A stretch of 64,000 nucleotides of DNA from Trichodelitschia bisporula (lineage: Eukaryota). A model generated the notes under the pieces. That model was not told the DNA's origin and ran no database searches. It worked only from the letters and a program-made list of their open reading frames with translations. Within the stretch, counting starts at the first letter, position 1; each line of letters opens with the position of its first letter. Of this stretch, positions 49,101-62,852 are shown piece after piece. Location: the NCBI GenBank assembly GCA_010356995.1, contig ML996701.1, forward strand, positions 488,963 to 552,962, given 5' to 3'. A program made the translations under genes and the position numbers.

Positions 49101-50286
49101 AATGCTCACTCCTAGAACTAGACTGCAAGGTGCGAGCGAACTCAACACCTGCGAATTATCGACAGCACGCTACTGCACTCTGCGAAGTGCGCAATAAAGC
49201 ATTGGAGCTAGTGGTCTCCAGCATACCCCTTGGCACATCGGGGACATGCAAAACTCCACTGCCGATCCTTCGACATACGACGGGCGCCTCATCCGCCGTG
49301 ATATTTGACTCTCAACCGTTTTTCGACCACCGGCGTCGCAAGCAGTCCGCCTTGGAACGCGCGGGCTGCCGAAGAGTCCACCCTTGTCAATCCTTCCATG
49401 TACATTTCGGCAGACCCATGTAACGTTGCAATCCTTCCTCCAACCACGCCTCTTGGCATCGCCATGGACGAGGCCCCGAACCACATCACCACATTCTCAC
49501 GGCGGAAAGCGCGTTAACGTCAAGAAATAAGGCTCGCAGACGCCAGTCCATCTCGAACCACCCCCCTAGGCTGTACCCGTCCCGCGCAGCAGCATGCGCT
49601 GAATAAGGCTCCCAGTGCCAATCGCCAGCAGCCAGCAGCGCCGCCGTGTAACCACTTCACCACCCAGCCCCACCCCCGCCGCGGCCAGTCCCGCGCGTCG
49701 TACGGGAAGCGTTTCGTTCCGCGCCGTAGACAGGCAGCTGAGCATCCATAAACCATCCACATACCCTCCTCCCACCGTCGCACCGCATGCGGAGAAAATT
49801 CCGACCCCAAACGCCTCGTCGAGCGTCACACAGCGTCTGGCATCCAAACCACCATGAAGTCCCATCTCCATCTGCCCGGGCCCGTTTGCCGAGTTATTCC
49901 ATACCTGCCCTCCGGACTCGCTCCTCCCCACCTATGCACTCCTGCCTTATTAATCATCTCCACCCCAGCGCCTACGAGCGCCCAGGCGCGGCTTACGCTG
50001 AACACGAAGGCCCCACAGCGGCAGCAGCGTCATATGCGGAAGGAGGTCGAGCAGCGATGTGCGTTGTGGCAGTGGCGTGGCATGCGGGAGGGAAGGAGGG
50101 GGGCGTTCCGCCTGTTGCGCCGCGCCAAAAGCCCACCATGATCGTAGGGCTTGGGCTCCGTGAATTTCTTCTTTCTGACAGTCAGCGAGCGAGCTTCGGC
50201 AGGCCCTCGGACACACGCTACAGTTGACGCGAGTGTGCCTGGATGCACTAATCAGCTTCGCTGGCTGCGTTTCCGGCATCCCTCGC

Positions 50287-50331
50287 GCCCATCCCCCTCG
50301 AGCCCATCCCCCTCGAGCCCATCCCCTTCGA
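50287..50331. repeat. 15-bp tandem repeat GCCCATCCCC(C/T)TCGA x3
   Basis: Copies at 50287, 50302 and 50317, with partial flanking copies. Confidence 0.85.
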
Positions 50332-50904
50332 GCCTAACCCCCCCACTGTACCCTTCAGCGATAAGGCTGCTGCAAGTTGCGCCTCGCGGACCCTTCCCCC
50401 ACACACCAAGGCACGCAGATGCACACCGGTAAGATTAGAGACCTGGTTGAATTACGACTTTACTACATGGGTGCACCCGATATCGGAGAGTGATTCAGAC
50501 AGAGAGAGAGACAGGGGGGGAATAGTATAGGGAAAAAAGGGGAAGCACAAAAAACGTGGGGGGGAACAAAGGCAGACAAGAAGACTGAGCTGCGCAAGGA
50601 AAACAAGCTGGGAGAGGGGGCCGACCGCGTAAATACTCCGCGCGAGACCAAGAGCCCTCCTCCTGCGTCAAAAGGGGGGTCCACAGCATAAAAGGCCCTC
50701 GCTTCCCCCGCACCACTCAGAATCGCTTGGAAAACAAAACACCCGTTTTAACCGCGAATCAAGCACATAGTACGCGCGCACACACGCCCGTCTCTTCGCC
50801 CCTCATGTTGCACCGCGAAATCTTCCTGTATGCCGTACTGTCAGCAACGTACTGCCACCCTCTTGGATTTCCTATGTGAGGATTGCGCCCGTTGTGCCAT
50901 CCGT

Positions 50905-52367
50905 CTATGCCTCGTCCGCATCTTCCGGGTGAAGGGCATTGTGTTGTTCCCGGTTCATCCGAGCCTCGATCTCCTTGAGCTGGCTCTCGCGTGCCAAAAG
51001 TTCTTGCCTCTTCTCGTTGATCTCCCTCTGCACCTTGACTTCGATCTCGCGCAGCTTCTCCTCTTCCCGACGCAGCTGTTCCTCCTTTAGGCGCACAGAC
51101 TGGGAAGCAAGATCCTCGGGATTCATAGATGAGTCGCTACCAACTATTAGTGGGTAATTAAGAAGAACGAAATGTGGGAACGTACGCAGCAGCGCCACCC
51201 TCGACGCTCTTGCTGAGCTTCTCCGTCCGGTAATTCTCATATAGGAAGTCGTGCGTGATTTCCTTGAGATCAGCCAGATGGCTGTGCAGAAGCGCGCTCC
51301 GCACCGCGAGGAAGTCCGAGTGCCGGGGGTTGTCAACCTCAACGATACCCCAAGGGTACTGCCGTGCGCGGACTTTGCGGCCGTTGACCTCCACGACATC
51401 CTCGGAGCCAACAATGGCGAACGGCATCAGGCCACGCAGCTCGGCGTTCTCCTCAACCGTGTCCTCGTCGTCCTCCTCAATGTCGTAGGGGAAGTTGTAG
51501 ACGGGGATACGGTAGTGCTCGATATCCTCCATGACGAGCTTCTTCGATTCGGCCAGCTCAGCCGGTGTGAGGGCGTCGGCTTTGCCGATCACAGGGATAA
51601 CGTTGACACGCGGCGACAGGCGCTTCATCAGCTCGATGTCGAGTTCGCGAAGGCTAGCCTCATTTAGCACGCCATGCATGAGATCCTGCAATCAACTCAC
51701 CCGTGCCCAGTGGGCGTAATGAAGTACAGGAGAACATGAACGCGGTTATCCCGGAAGCGTGGGTTACGCTTGATGCGCGATTCCTCAGCAAGAATATCGT
51801 CATACTGCCGCTCGAGGTAGCCGACGATCTCAGAGAAGCTATGCGTGTGAGCCCTTGGTCATGCAGCGTGGCGCTTGTGCAACCGCACTTACCTTGCCTC
51901 GTTGTCAATCTGGTCGCCGAAGCCGGGTGTGTCGACAATGGTAAGCGAGATGCGCGTGCCCTCCTCATCCAGTTCTGTGGTCGTTAGGGGATGTGTGCTT
52001 CGATAATAAGTCGGAAGCCTTACCGACGGTGATTGGCTTGATCTTGACACCCTCCTCGAGGTGTGCCGTGGTGGGATCATCCGAATCCTTGTGATGAAGC
52101 ACCTTCTTGCCGCAGAGAGTGTTGACGAAGGTAGTCCGGCCTATTTGTCGCGTGGGGTTAGCAAGGATCCAACTCTGGGACTGTGGAGAGGCTTACCAGT
52201 GCCTGACGCGCCGCAGACCATCAGACAGAACTGGATGCCCTTCTTGACATTTTTCTTTCGGCGAATCTTTCCAAGCTATCAGCATATTTTGTCTTGTCAG
52301 CTGCCAAACAATGGCATAAAAACAGCGAAGGGCAAATGCATACGGCATTTATGGAGGCGGAAGACAT
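50905..52367 (-). CDS. CDC11: Septin Cdc11/AspA
   Basis: IRRKKNVKKGIQFCLMVCGASGTGRTTFVNTL (Cdc11-type G1 box GRTT), DTPGFGDQIDN, VNVIPVIGKAD, RARQYPWG, HDFLYENYRTEKL and a C-terminal coiled coil. About 6 introns. Confidence 0.95.
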
Positions 52368-53199
52368 GATGTGCGCCGGGGGGGGAATCTTTGGTTTGGT
52401 GATGAATTGGTGGCGTGTCAAGGGACGAGCAGACAATTAAGTCGGCTTGTGGGTTGGATTACAACTGCAGGAGCAGAATTGAACCGCGAAAGACGATGGT
52501 GGAGAACGTGACGATGTTGGGGATGAAAGGTTGATGATGGGGTTTGGACACAGAGTACGTTTGACGGTGAGGTCGTCGCTGCTACTTTTCCTCCGGGGGG
52601 CGGGAGGATTCTGGGGGGACGAGAAAGTCCGCAAAGGGGCTCGTCCACATACGGGCTAGCTCGGCTTGGCAGTGGAGCTTCCCGATCGGGGCCTAACGCA
52701 GCTTGGGTGACTTGAGCCTCAGGCACAAACGTGCAACCTTGAACCGACGACACTCGATTATCCAGACGGAAATTGGTGGGGAGCATCTCGAACTCTGAAT
52801 AAAGACAGCGTCGTCTCTTGACGTTTCTTTGTATCTTCTAGTTTTGAGTGTGCATCATTTGCCCTTTTCCTCATCGGCTGGGACCGCATCTTTGTCCCCG
52901 TTCAACCACCGAACCATCAAACACTCGTCGGCCCACGCAACAAATCCCTGTCTTTCCCCACCAAGCCAACCAAGCCTGTCTGTGGAGGCTCACGGCTCAC
53001 AAGGCCGGGCTGTTGTCACCTGTCCACGTATCACGGCGCCTGTCACTATGCTCTTCAACAAATGCCACTGCTCTGCGTTTGCCATCCAGAGCGAGTGAAA
53101 CGGGGCGCAAAGCTTCATTTCCATCTACGGGCATCACAGATACACCCGAATAGCCGTTGCTGCTGAGATAACCTGTTCGGTCCTTCTTCGGCAGACAAG

Positions 53200-54948
53200 A
53201 TGAATGTTCGGCAGCCGCTCAACTTTTCAGAAGACCCGATTGTTCTCGGGGTGGAGCTGAATGACGAGAGTAAAATATTTACCGTTGGTATCCCCGACGG
53301 ATACAAAGGTCTGCGCAACGATCGCCTCATAAATGTGGTGGCGTTCCACTCTGTTCATCTCTGACAGTTCGTAGTCTACGACGCCAAATTGTGCCGTCTA
53401 ATATATACACGAGGTCAGTCAAGAAAGTCTGAACTTTGTCCATTCACCCTGTGGAGCGCAGTTTACGAGAAGAGAGGATGAAATGTATCGTGATTTTAGA
53501 TCTTACTCTCATCGCTGCATGTTTTTTGATCGTGCTCAACACAAATCTTCCTTAGTTCGATGACACTGTATTGTACTCCTGCTATTTCATGAGCTAGAAT
53601 CCTAAGCTTGGAGGCTAACGGGTTGCAGAGTTTGGCGGTAGCATCTCGTATGCGTCTACGTTGCTCAGAACGCCCTTTGTCGGCATAATAGGTGGCGGTC
53701 CATCGCCCTACTATCCTCCAAACAAGGTAAACCACCTTCGGACATAGACGTCCTATTGCTAAATCTGAACAGTTCGTTCTCTGGAATGACAAACACGCAA
53801 CTGAGGCCTTCAAAATTGAGTTCTCGGCAACGCCAATTCGAGCATGTCTGACAAAGAACCATCTTGCCATGGTCTTCGAGGAAGGGGTGACGTTGAACGA
53901 TCTACAGCCATACTTTCAAGACAATAGGCAGACAAAGCGGCTTGGAATCTACGATACGGCTTCCAATCCCCGTGGACTCTGCTGTCTCGGCCAGAAGCGC
54001 CTCATCTTCCCCGGACGCACAAAGGGCCAAGTGCAAATCGTCCATATCGGCAGTAAGACAATAGATATCATTCCAGCGCACACCAGCGCCCTCAGTGCTC
54101 TCGCCTTGAGCAAGGACGAGACACTCCTTGCAACCACCAGCGATACAGGAACGCTCATCCGTGTATGGTCCGTCGCCAGCAAGTCCCGCCTGCACGAGTT
54201 TCGCCGTGGCCTGGATCCAGCAACCATATTCTCCCTTGCCTTTTCCCCATCCGCCCGTTACCTCGCCGTAACATCTGACAAGTCGACCCTACACATTTTC
54301 GACGTGCCCTCACACGCCCCAGACTCGCATCCACCAACCCCAGAGCCTGTCTCACGACCCAAGCGGCACTCGAATGCCTCCCTCAAGCCCCGCACCGCCT
54401 CCGTTAGCAAGCCCCGCCGACCCACACCGCCACCACCAGTCGACGACGATGATTTCGGCTTGGACGCCCTTTCCTTTTCTGAAGATTCGTTGAGCACATC
54501 CGAGACCGGTAGCCCGCACGCCACGCTGCCCCCCTCTATCATCGAGCCCCCGCATTCACCGTCCGGACCTCGCCGACCTTCCTCGCATCTCAGCTCCAGC
54601 CCCGACGTTATCAAAGCGGCGGATACGGCGGGGTACATGGCGCCACAGAAGTACGGTGCGTTGGCGAGTCTGCCGTATGCGCCACGGATTCTGTCCGATA
54701 CGTATAGTAGCATGTCATGTCGGTTTGAGATTGGGGATGAGAGGTCTAGGGGGAAGGGGCCAGGTGAGAAAGGGATGGGACCGGCGAAGGGGGTTGTGGG
54801 GTGGCTTGAGGAGGATGTGCTTGTTGTGGTTGGGGCGGGGGAAGATGCGCGGTGGGAGAAATTTAGAGTGGGTATGGATGGGGAAGGGAAGAAAGCGGTT
54901 GGGAGAGTTGGATGGAGGAAGTATCTCGAGGAGGATGGGCTGGATTAG
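53200..54948 (+). CDS. HSV2: PROPPIN WD40 phosphoinositide-binding protein (Hsv2/Svp1-like, Atg18 family)
   Basis: MNVRQPL.. start, GGGPSPYYPPNK|FVLWND, IPAHTSALSALALS, ATTSDTGTLIRVW, HEFRRGLDPATIFSLAFSP, SDKSTLHIFD, DARWEKF. Three introns in the 5' part. Confidence 0.85.
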
Positions 54949-55361
54949 GGGACTGTGCGCTTGTGTGTTCAGTTTGACGATGCTTTGTGAATGATTGCAT
55001 GTGGCGCATTTTGGGGGTTCAGGGACCGCTGAGAGTTCATGATATGATGTCTGTTCTTGATAGAAATTGCATATGGAGAGGAGCTACGAAGACCTTGGGC
55101 ACTTCAGCTTCAATGTTCGAAACTTGGTATTAGGTCATAATGCTGAGATGATTTATGAACAACCGGGTCGGGTTGCCGGGCCCATTTTGGGCAGATGTAA
55201 AATATGTACATCCACTTGGACTCTCAATTTCTTGAAAAACGTAACTTAGACGCTCCGCTGTGCCCTGAAGGGAAGTGACAAATACCAGTCGCCTCACGAA
55301 CAGTCCTGAAAATCAAGGTTGTGGCCTTCAAGATGCTGCTATCTATTTGCACTCACACAAG

Positions 55362-56318
55362 CTACCGTTTTCTATCCCTCGAGCGGTCCTTCGAGTCGTC
55401 TCTTGACACGCTCTCCTTGGATCGGGGCCTCTCCTGCCTCCGCCTCCTCCGCTTCCCCTCCTCGTATGAGTCGACCGACGGCGACCGCGCAGGCGCCGGC
55501 GAGCGGAGCCTATCTTTAGGTTTCGACTCCTTGCCGCGTTTGTAATCATCCTCCGGCGATCGATGCCGCTCTCTCTCCCGCCTCCGCCGCTTCACCCGAC
55601 TCTCATCCGAATCATCAGCCTCAACCGGCGTCCCCGTCCTTTCCCTCCGCGAATGTCGACTCTCCTTCTCCCGCCTCCTCGATTTATCCTTGTCGCCATC
55701 CTCATCCCCATGCCGTGACCGATGCGACCGATGCTTGTGCTTGCCCCCCTTCTTCTCCTTCAACTCCAACTTCGCCAGCGCCCTTGCCACCTCCTCGCGC
55801 TTCTTCTGCACCATATACGCCTTCATAGGGTCATCATCATCCTCAGTACGAATCAAATCAGCCAACTCCTTCTCCTCCTTCAGCATCGGTCTTTGCGGAA
55901 CCTCCTCCTCACTCTGATCCTCCTCAACCGGCGGCGGCTCATCCCCATACGTATTATCGCGCAGATCCGCGCCCTCCTTGACCTTATACCGCGTGTGATC
56001 CACGCGTAGCACGCGACCCAACACGCTCGCGCCACTCAGGTTGTCCACTGCTAGCTCGCAGCTGCGCTGATCTTCGTACTTGAGGAAAGCAAAGCCTTTG
56101 CTCTTGCCCGTCTCTTTGTCGCGGACGAGGTTGATGTAGACGGGCTCACCGTACTGGGAGAAGATGGTGATGACGTCGCCTTCGGAGAGTTCGAAGGGTA
56201 GCCCGCCGATGTAGATAAAGGCTGTGTCGTCGTAGTCGCGGTGCCAGGAGCCGCCGGAGGGGGTTACGGCGTCGAGTTCGCGCTGGTTGAGGAGCGCAGT
56301 TTGGCGGATTGCGTTCAT
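55362..56318 (-). CDS. IST3: RES-complex RRM protein Ist3/Snu17 (RBMX2)
   Basis: MNAIRQ..LNQREL..SWHRDYDDTAFIYIGGLPFELSEGDVITIFSQYGEP..RDKETGKSKGFAFLKYEDQRS..LAVDNL..RVDHTRY, followed by an R/S/E-rich tail. Intronless. Confidence 0.93.
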   Translation of the reverse strand: MNAIRQTALLNQRELDAVTPSGGSWHRDYDDTAFIYIGGLPFELSEGDVITIFSQYGEPVYINLVRDKETGKSKGFAFLKYEDQRSCELAVDNLSGASVLGRVLRVDHTRYKVKEGADLRDNTYGDEPPPVEEDQSEEEVPQRPMLKEEKELADLIRTEDDDDPMKAYMVQKKREEVARALAKLELKEKKGGKHKHRSHRSRHGDEDGDKDKSRRREKESRHSRRERTGTPVEADDSDESRVKRRRRERERHRSPEDDYKRGKESKPKDRLRSPAPARSPSVDSYEEGKRRRRRQERPRSKESVSRDDSKDRSRDRKR

Positions 56319-56710
56319 CTTCGGGATCGTGCAGGCAAGGCGGTGGGAGGGAGTGGCAGCATGCAGTGAGGAGAGAACAAGGTCAGAATAGGAGAGGCTG
56401 CAGCTTCTATGACGGCGGGAGGTTGCTGAGTGTTTCGTGAAACTTGAAGCTTTGAGCTGCGGGAGGGGATGCACGCACGGGCCAAGACGCCACAAGCCGC
56501 GTTGGCGCGCAAGGCGTAACGGAGGTGCAGATGGCCGTTTGCCAGAGACCACAGGAGAAAGTTGAGATTGAAACAATCACAAGAACCTCATCTACGCCCT
56601 TTTTCGCCTCACAACTCGCGCTGTCGCCATATCCTACCCGCGATCTCGACCAGAGCATCGCTACTACCCCATCCGCATTCCAGGCTCCGCAACCCCCGGT
56701 CACGCCCAAA

Positions 56711-58371
56711 ATGGCTGCCGCATCGCCGCGCCGAACCTCCCTCCTCAATCCCTTCCTCCCCCCGCCTACCGACCGCGACACCATGGGCGCCCGACGACTG
56801 CGCGATGCGCCCAAGAAGGAAATCTGGTCAAGCTTGCTGAAGAGCGTGTCAAGCGGGAAGCGACTGCCAGAGAAGCAGCTGCTAGTGCTCGGTGCGCCCC
56901 ATCACCGCCCGCTGAACCATACAGCTAACCCACGCAGGCGGCTCCCCCTCAACCCAACACGACTTCCTCGAGTCTCTCTCCACCGACACCTCCCCACGGC
57001 GCGACCGCACACGCAAGCCTCCCATCGCAAACCAATTCGCCCTCGGCTACACATACCAAGACGTGCTCGACGCAGACCACGAAGATACGCTCGCGCGGCT
57101 CTCGATATACACCCTCTCCGACCCAAGCCCGGCCTTCACCCCGCTGCTCAAGCCCCTCCTCACGCCCCGCACCCTCCCCAACACCCTCGTCGTCATCCTC
57201 CTCGACTGGTCGAGTCCCTGGCTCTGGGCCGCGCAGCTGCGCGACTGGATCCGCCTGCTCCGCGGACTGGTCATCAGCTTGGACGACGAGTGCAAGGATG
57301 CGCTTGAGGCGAATGTGATTGAGTGGCGGGATCGCAAGCGCGGGGCTGCGGGGCCGGATGGTGCGCCTACTAACAGCTATGACGACGAGGTGCAGGTCCC
57401 GCTGGGTGCGGGCGAGTGGGACGAGCCGCTGGGTGTGCCTCTGTGCGTGGTGTGCCAGAACGCGGATAAGATTGTGAGCTTGGAGCGCGAGCGGGGGTGG
57501 CGCGATGAGCAGTTCGATTTCATTGCGCAGTTTGTGCGTACGGTGCTGCTGAAGCATGGCGCTAGCTTGATCTACACGATGCCAGAGGCTCCTGGCGCGT
57601 TGCAGACGCTGGTACACTCGTCGCTTGGAATCCAGAGCATGTTGCTCAAAAAGCAGCTTAAGCATAATGTGGCGGATAAAGACCACATTCTCGTGCCGCC
57701 GAACTGGGACTCGTGGGGGAAGATTCGCCTCATGACGGACGGGTTCGACGTCGAGGGCGTCAGCCAAGCATGGTCCGAGGAGATCCAGCTGCCAGCCGGG
57801 GACGAGGACTCCGGTTCACCGTCGGAAGAAGAAGACGACACGGCGGTTGGGCTTTACGAAGACACGATCCGGGACCCGAAGACGGACCTCGTGCTCCCCG
57901 GCTTGACGCCCAAAAACGCCAAAGGCTTTGAGATCGAGAGTAAAGACACGCAAGCCTTTCTCTCAGAACAGATTGAAATGCTCGAGAGGCTGCGTGCCGA
58001 GGACGAGCGCGAGAAGCTAGTTCGTGATGCGAAGAAAGCGCCGATGTCGGTATCGTACCTCTCTGCGGACGAGGGACGTAATGTCGAGGAACATATTGGG
58101 CCTGTGCAGTTTAATATGGGTGGGATACAGGTTGATGCGGATGATATGCTGAAGCGGCTCAAGGTTTGTGCAACGTTACTCTTTTGCTACGCGGCACATG
58201 CTAATTCTTTAGGATCGTGAGGCGAGCCGCGCGGCTGAGCTGGAACCGAAGTCACCGACGCTGCCGGCAGACAAGGAGATGGATACGCAGAAGTTGGCCA
58301 ATTTCTTTTCCAGCTTGATGAAGAAATCAGGGAGTTCAGCTGCGAGTAGTCCGCGGCGTGACGAGGTGTAG
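56711..58371 (+). CDS. Cytoplasmic dynein light intermediate chain
   Basis: KKEIWSSLLKSVSSGKRLPEKQLLVLGG, ANQFALGYTYQDV, LVVILLDWSSPW, LGVPLCVVCQNAD, FDFIAQFVRTVLLKHGASLIY, ILVPPNWDSWGKI and C-terminal LANFFSSLMKK. Introns about 56892-56937 and 58164-58212. Confidence 0.92.
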
Positions 58372-58915
58372 TGCCATCGCTGCACTTGAGCTGCTTTTCA
58401 TTCCATGATACCATCGTGCTTAGGTGTTGGGCTGGGGTAGACGAGGCGCTGAGATAGTCCGGGCTGTAAACACCTGGGTCCATCGCTTTGAGCTTTGAGC
58501 GTTCATTGCACGTCGGCTGAGCAGAATTGCTAGTCTTCAACCGTCAAGGAGATGCTTTCGTGCTATATATTTCTCGAACGACAATCTCTATTGACTCGCG
58601 GTTTCGACAGTTTCATTACTGGGTCACGCCCATCAAAACTTGTTCCAAAGCATAAGGAAACAGTGTACTGTAGATGGACGTCGCCTCGTTGCCCGGTTTG
58701 GTCCTCACTGAGGGCTCACTTCACCCATATCACGTGATTCTTGCCTTACAGCCTAACCGAAGCTGACTCCGGCGCGTTCGTGGTGTTTTCCCCACAGTAG
58801 TACGCGTCTTCCACCAACCCTCGATCCTTTACCAACTCCCGGTATCTTACCACTTGCCGTCGCAAGCTTACAATTTCTTGTACTCTCGTCGCGCGGTGCG
58901 CACGCCTGCGCCACG

Positions 58916-61900
58916 ATGTTCATAAAACAGATCATCATCCAGGGCTTCAAGTCCTACAAAGACCAAACCGTTATCGAGCCTTTCTCGAACAAGCTCAACG
59001 TCATCGTCGGCCGCAATGGCTCCGGCAAGAGCAACTTCTTCGCTGCCATCCGCTTTGTCCTCAGCGATGCTTACAACCAGATGGGGCGCGAGGAGCGCCA
59101 GGCGCTATTGCACGAGGGGTCTGGTTCGGCAGTCATGTCGGCGTACGTTGAGATCATCTTCGACAACAGCGACGAGCGTTTTCCCACCGGGAAACCGGAG
59201 CTGGTGCTGCGGCGAACCATTGGGCTTAAGAAGGATGAATACTCCCTCGACCGCAAGAACGCAACCAAGTCGGATGTCATGAATTTGCTCGAATCGGCTG
59301 GCTTTTCGCGCTCCAACCCCTACTACATTGTGCCGCAGGGCCGCGTCACCACCTTGACGAACATGAAGGACACGGAGCGGCTCAATCTGCTCAAGGAGGT
59401 GGCCGGTACGCAGGTGTACGAAGCTCGTCGCGCAGAGAGTTTGAAGATCATGACGGATACCACCAACAAGCAGGCCAAGATTGACGAGCTGCTGGCCAAC
59501 GTGACGGAGCGCTTGAACGAACTGGAGGAGGAAAAAGAGGAGCTGCGCAAATACCAGGAGAAGGACCGCGAGCACCGCAGTCTGCAATACACGATCCTGA
59601 ATCGCGAGCGCGAGGAGTTCCAGCGCGCACTCGATGCCATTGAGGACCAGCGCACCACGGGCGTCGAGGAGACGGACGAGAATCGCCAGATATACCTCGA
59701 CCGCGAGCAAGAGATCGCGGGCATCGATGCGGAGATCGCGGATCTGCGGCAGCAGATTGAGTTTCTCAAGGTCGACCGCCGGCAGTTGGAAGACGAGCGC
59801 AAAGAGCGCGTCAAGGATCGGGCAGGTATCGAACTCGAGATCAGCAACCTGTCGCAGAACCAGTCTGCCGTACAGCAGGCCAAGACTAAGCATGACGCCG
59901 AGCTCCGCGAGGTCCAGCGCTTGATCAAGGAGCGTGAGGCAGAGCTGAACAGGTTAAACCCTGAGTACACCCAACAAAAGGAAGACGAGGCCGATATCAG
60001 GGCACAGCTCACCGAGGCTGAAGCACAAATTAAACGTTTGTATGCTAAGCAAGGTCGGACTGCGCAATTCCGGACCAAGAGGGAGCGGGATGACCACCTG
60101 AAGGCGGAAATTCAAGAGGTCAACATGCAACTGGCGCAGCGGAAAGCCATCTCCGTGCAGACGTCCGAGGACACTGAAGAGCTCAAAAAGCAGATTGCCC
60201 AGCTGGAACAGGAGATTACCGACCTCCGCTCTCGTCTTGAGAATCGCAGCGACAACCTCCAGGATCTCGCGAATGAGGCCGAAAAGGCTCGGGAGCAGCG
60301 GGACAAGCTCAGCGATGAGCGGAAGGAGCTTTGGCGCGAAGACGCGAAGCTGGACTCGGTCATGTACAATGCTAGGGAAGAGCTTGACAAGGCGGAGCAC
60401 AACCTCCAGAGGATGGTGGACCGCAACACCTGGCAGGGCATCAAGGCCATCCGCCGCTACAAGGAGCAAGGACAACTGGACGGTGTTTACGGCACTCTGT
60501 GCGAGCTCTTCCAGGTCAGCGAGCGTTATCAGACCGCCGTTGAGATCACAGCTGGCCAGAGCCTCTTTCACTACGTTGTGGACACGGACGAAACCGCCAC
60601 CAAGCTCCTTGAGATGCTGCAGCGCGAACGCGCCGGCCGCGTCACTTTCATGCCCCTCAACCGCCTGAATCCGAAACCGGTCAACATCCCGAAGGCTAGC
60701 GATGCTGTCCACATGGTGTCGAAGATTGAGTACGACGAGGCGTATGACAAGGCCTTCCAGCAGGTCTTTGGCAAGACTATCATTTGTCCTAACTTGCAGG
60801 TCGCGTCGCAGTATGCGCGCAGCCACGCCGTCAGCGCCATCACACCGGACGGTGACCGTGCGGACAAGAAGGGTGCGCTGACGGGTGGTTTCCACGACCC
60901 GCGCTCTTCGCGCATCGAGGCGGCGCGCCGCGAGGCGCATTGGCGGGCCGAGCTGGAGGACAAGCGCAGCCGCAAGAGCGAGATCAAGGCCCAGCTTGAG
61001 GCTAAGGATCAGGAAATTACGCGTTCTATGGCGGAGATGCAGAAGATCGACTTGCGGCGCCACCAGCTGGATACGAGCTACGCACCACAGCGCCACGAAG
61101 TGCGGCGCAAGGAGCAGGAGCTACAGGACAAGCGCGAGGCGCTCGAGCAGAAGCTCGCTGTCATGGAGAACATCAAGACGGAGGAGCACAACCTGGCTGA
61201 GGAACAGCAGGCCTACCAGTCGGAGCTGGCGTCGCCGTTCAACAAGGCCCTTTCGAAGGCTGAGGAGCAGCAGCTCGAGTCCCTCAGTTCCAAGACTCAG
61301 GAGCTGCGCAAGCAGTTTTCGGAAGTTTCGAAGCAGCGCGCCCAGGTTGAGACCCGCAAGCGTGCACTCGAGGTCGAGCTGCGCGAGAATCTACGCCTGA
61401 GACTTGACCAGTTGGAGGCGCTAGACCCTGATTCTAGCTCCGGTCCAACCACCGGTAAAGGAAGTCGTCTGCAGGAGCGGCAGCGTGAACTCAAGCGCCT
61501 GGATAAGGCCATCGACGCTACCGCGAAAAAGCTCGCGGAGGCAGATAGTGCCATCGCACGCGCCAACACCCAACTGCAGCAACAACAGACGCTACAGGCT
61601 CATCTTCAGCGGCAGAACGAGGAGCTGTCGCGGCAGATTGAGCGGCATCAGAAGCGGATGGAGAAGAGCATGCAGAAGAAGGCATTCCTGCAAGAGAAGC
61701 TAGCGGAGTCGAACCGCAGCGTGCGCGAGCTGGGCGTCCTGCCTGAAGAAGCGTTCGAGAAGTACAAGCGCTGGGAATCGGACAGGGTACGTTCCGTGAC
61801 GAACGAGATGCCAGAGGCTAACCAAGCAGGCCATGAAACGTCTTCACCAAGTCAAAGAGTCACTCAAGAAGTACTCGCATGTCAACAAGAAGGCATTTGA

Positions 61901-62611
61901 GCAGTACAACAACTTCACGAAGCAACGCGAGATTCTGCTCACACGCCGCGGCGAGCTCGACGAGTCGCACCAGGCGATCGGCGGCCTGATTGAGCATCTC
62001 GACCAGCGCAAGGACGAGGCCATCGAGCGCACGTTCAAGCAGGTGTCGCGCGAGTTTGCGAACGTGTTCGAGAAGCTCGTCCCCGCGGGCAAGGGCCGGC
62101 TCATCATCCAGCGGAAGTCAGACCGGGTCGCGCGCGAAAACCCGGAAAGCGGGGACGACGGGCGCGGCGCGGTGGAGAACTACACTGGTGTCGGGATTAG
62201 CGTCAGCTTTAATAGCAAGCACGATGAGCAGCAGCGGATCGGGCAGCTGAGCGGTGGGCAGAAGAGTAAGCCCATTGATATCACGAGTGAGGTTATGCTA
62301 AGGAGACAGGTCTGTGCGCCCTCGCGCTCGTCTTCGCCATCCAGCAGTGCGACCCCGCGCCCTTCTACCTCTTCGACGAAATCGACGCCAATCTCGACGC
62401 GCAGTACCGCACGGCGGTCGCGCAGATGCTGCAGACGCTGTCTGAGACGTCGGAGGGCGGTGGCCAGTTCATCTGCACGACGTTCCGGCCGGAGATGGTG
62501 TTGGTGGCGGAGAAGTGCTATGGCGTCACGTACACCAATAAGACGAGCAGTATCGACGTGGTGAATCGCGAGACGGCGCTTGAGTTCGTTGAGGGTGCGA
62601 CGCGGTCGTAG
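58916..62611 (+). CDS. SMC3: Cohesin subunit SMC3
   Basis: [17 protein letters not shown], Walker [22 protein letters not shown], hinge [11 protein letters not shown], signature LSGGQKS and [16 protein letters not shown]. Introns 61787-61829 and 62266-62309. Confidence 0.98.
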
Positions 62612-62852
62612 GGTCTGGGTGGGGCGTTGGGTGCGTTGCTTAAGGCGGGCGCGGGTGTGTGATACCAGGGTTTCGGGTAAGGGTTTGTAGCTGCATGGTT
62701 TATGGTATGAGTGGTATGGTGCAATGCTAGATGAACTATCAACCGTGTGATGCTGCTGCTGAGGGGGATCCAATGCCCTTTCCTTGCCCAACGCCTCGCC
62801 TACATAACCAAGATCAACGGAAATACTTCTACACGCTCGCTTAACATGCATC

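Noticed and set aside
59105..61096. Long antisense ORFs (262 and 380 aa) inside SMC3, with similar ones opposite the protease, DUF1682 and dynein LIC genes
   Set aside because: Expected shadow ORFs of GC-rich, codon-biased genes.
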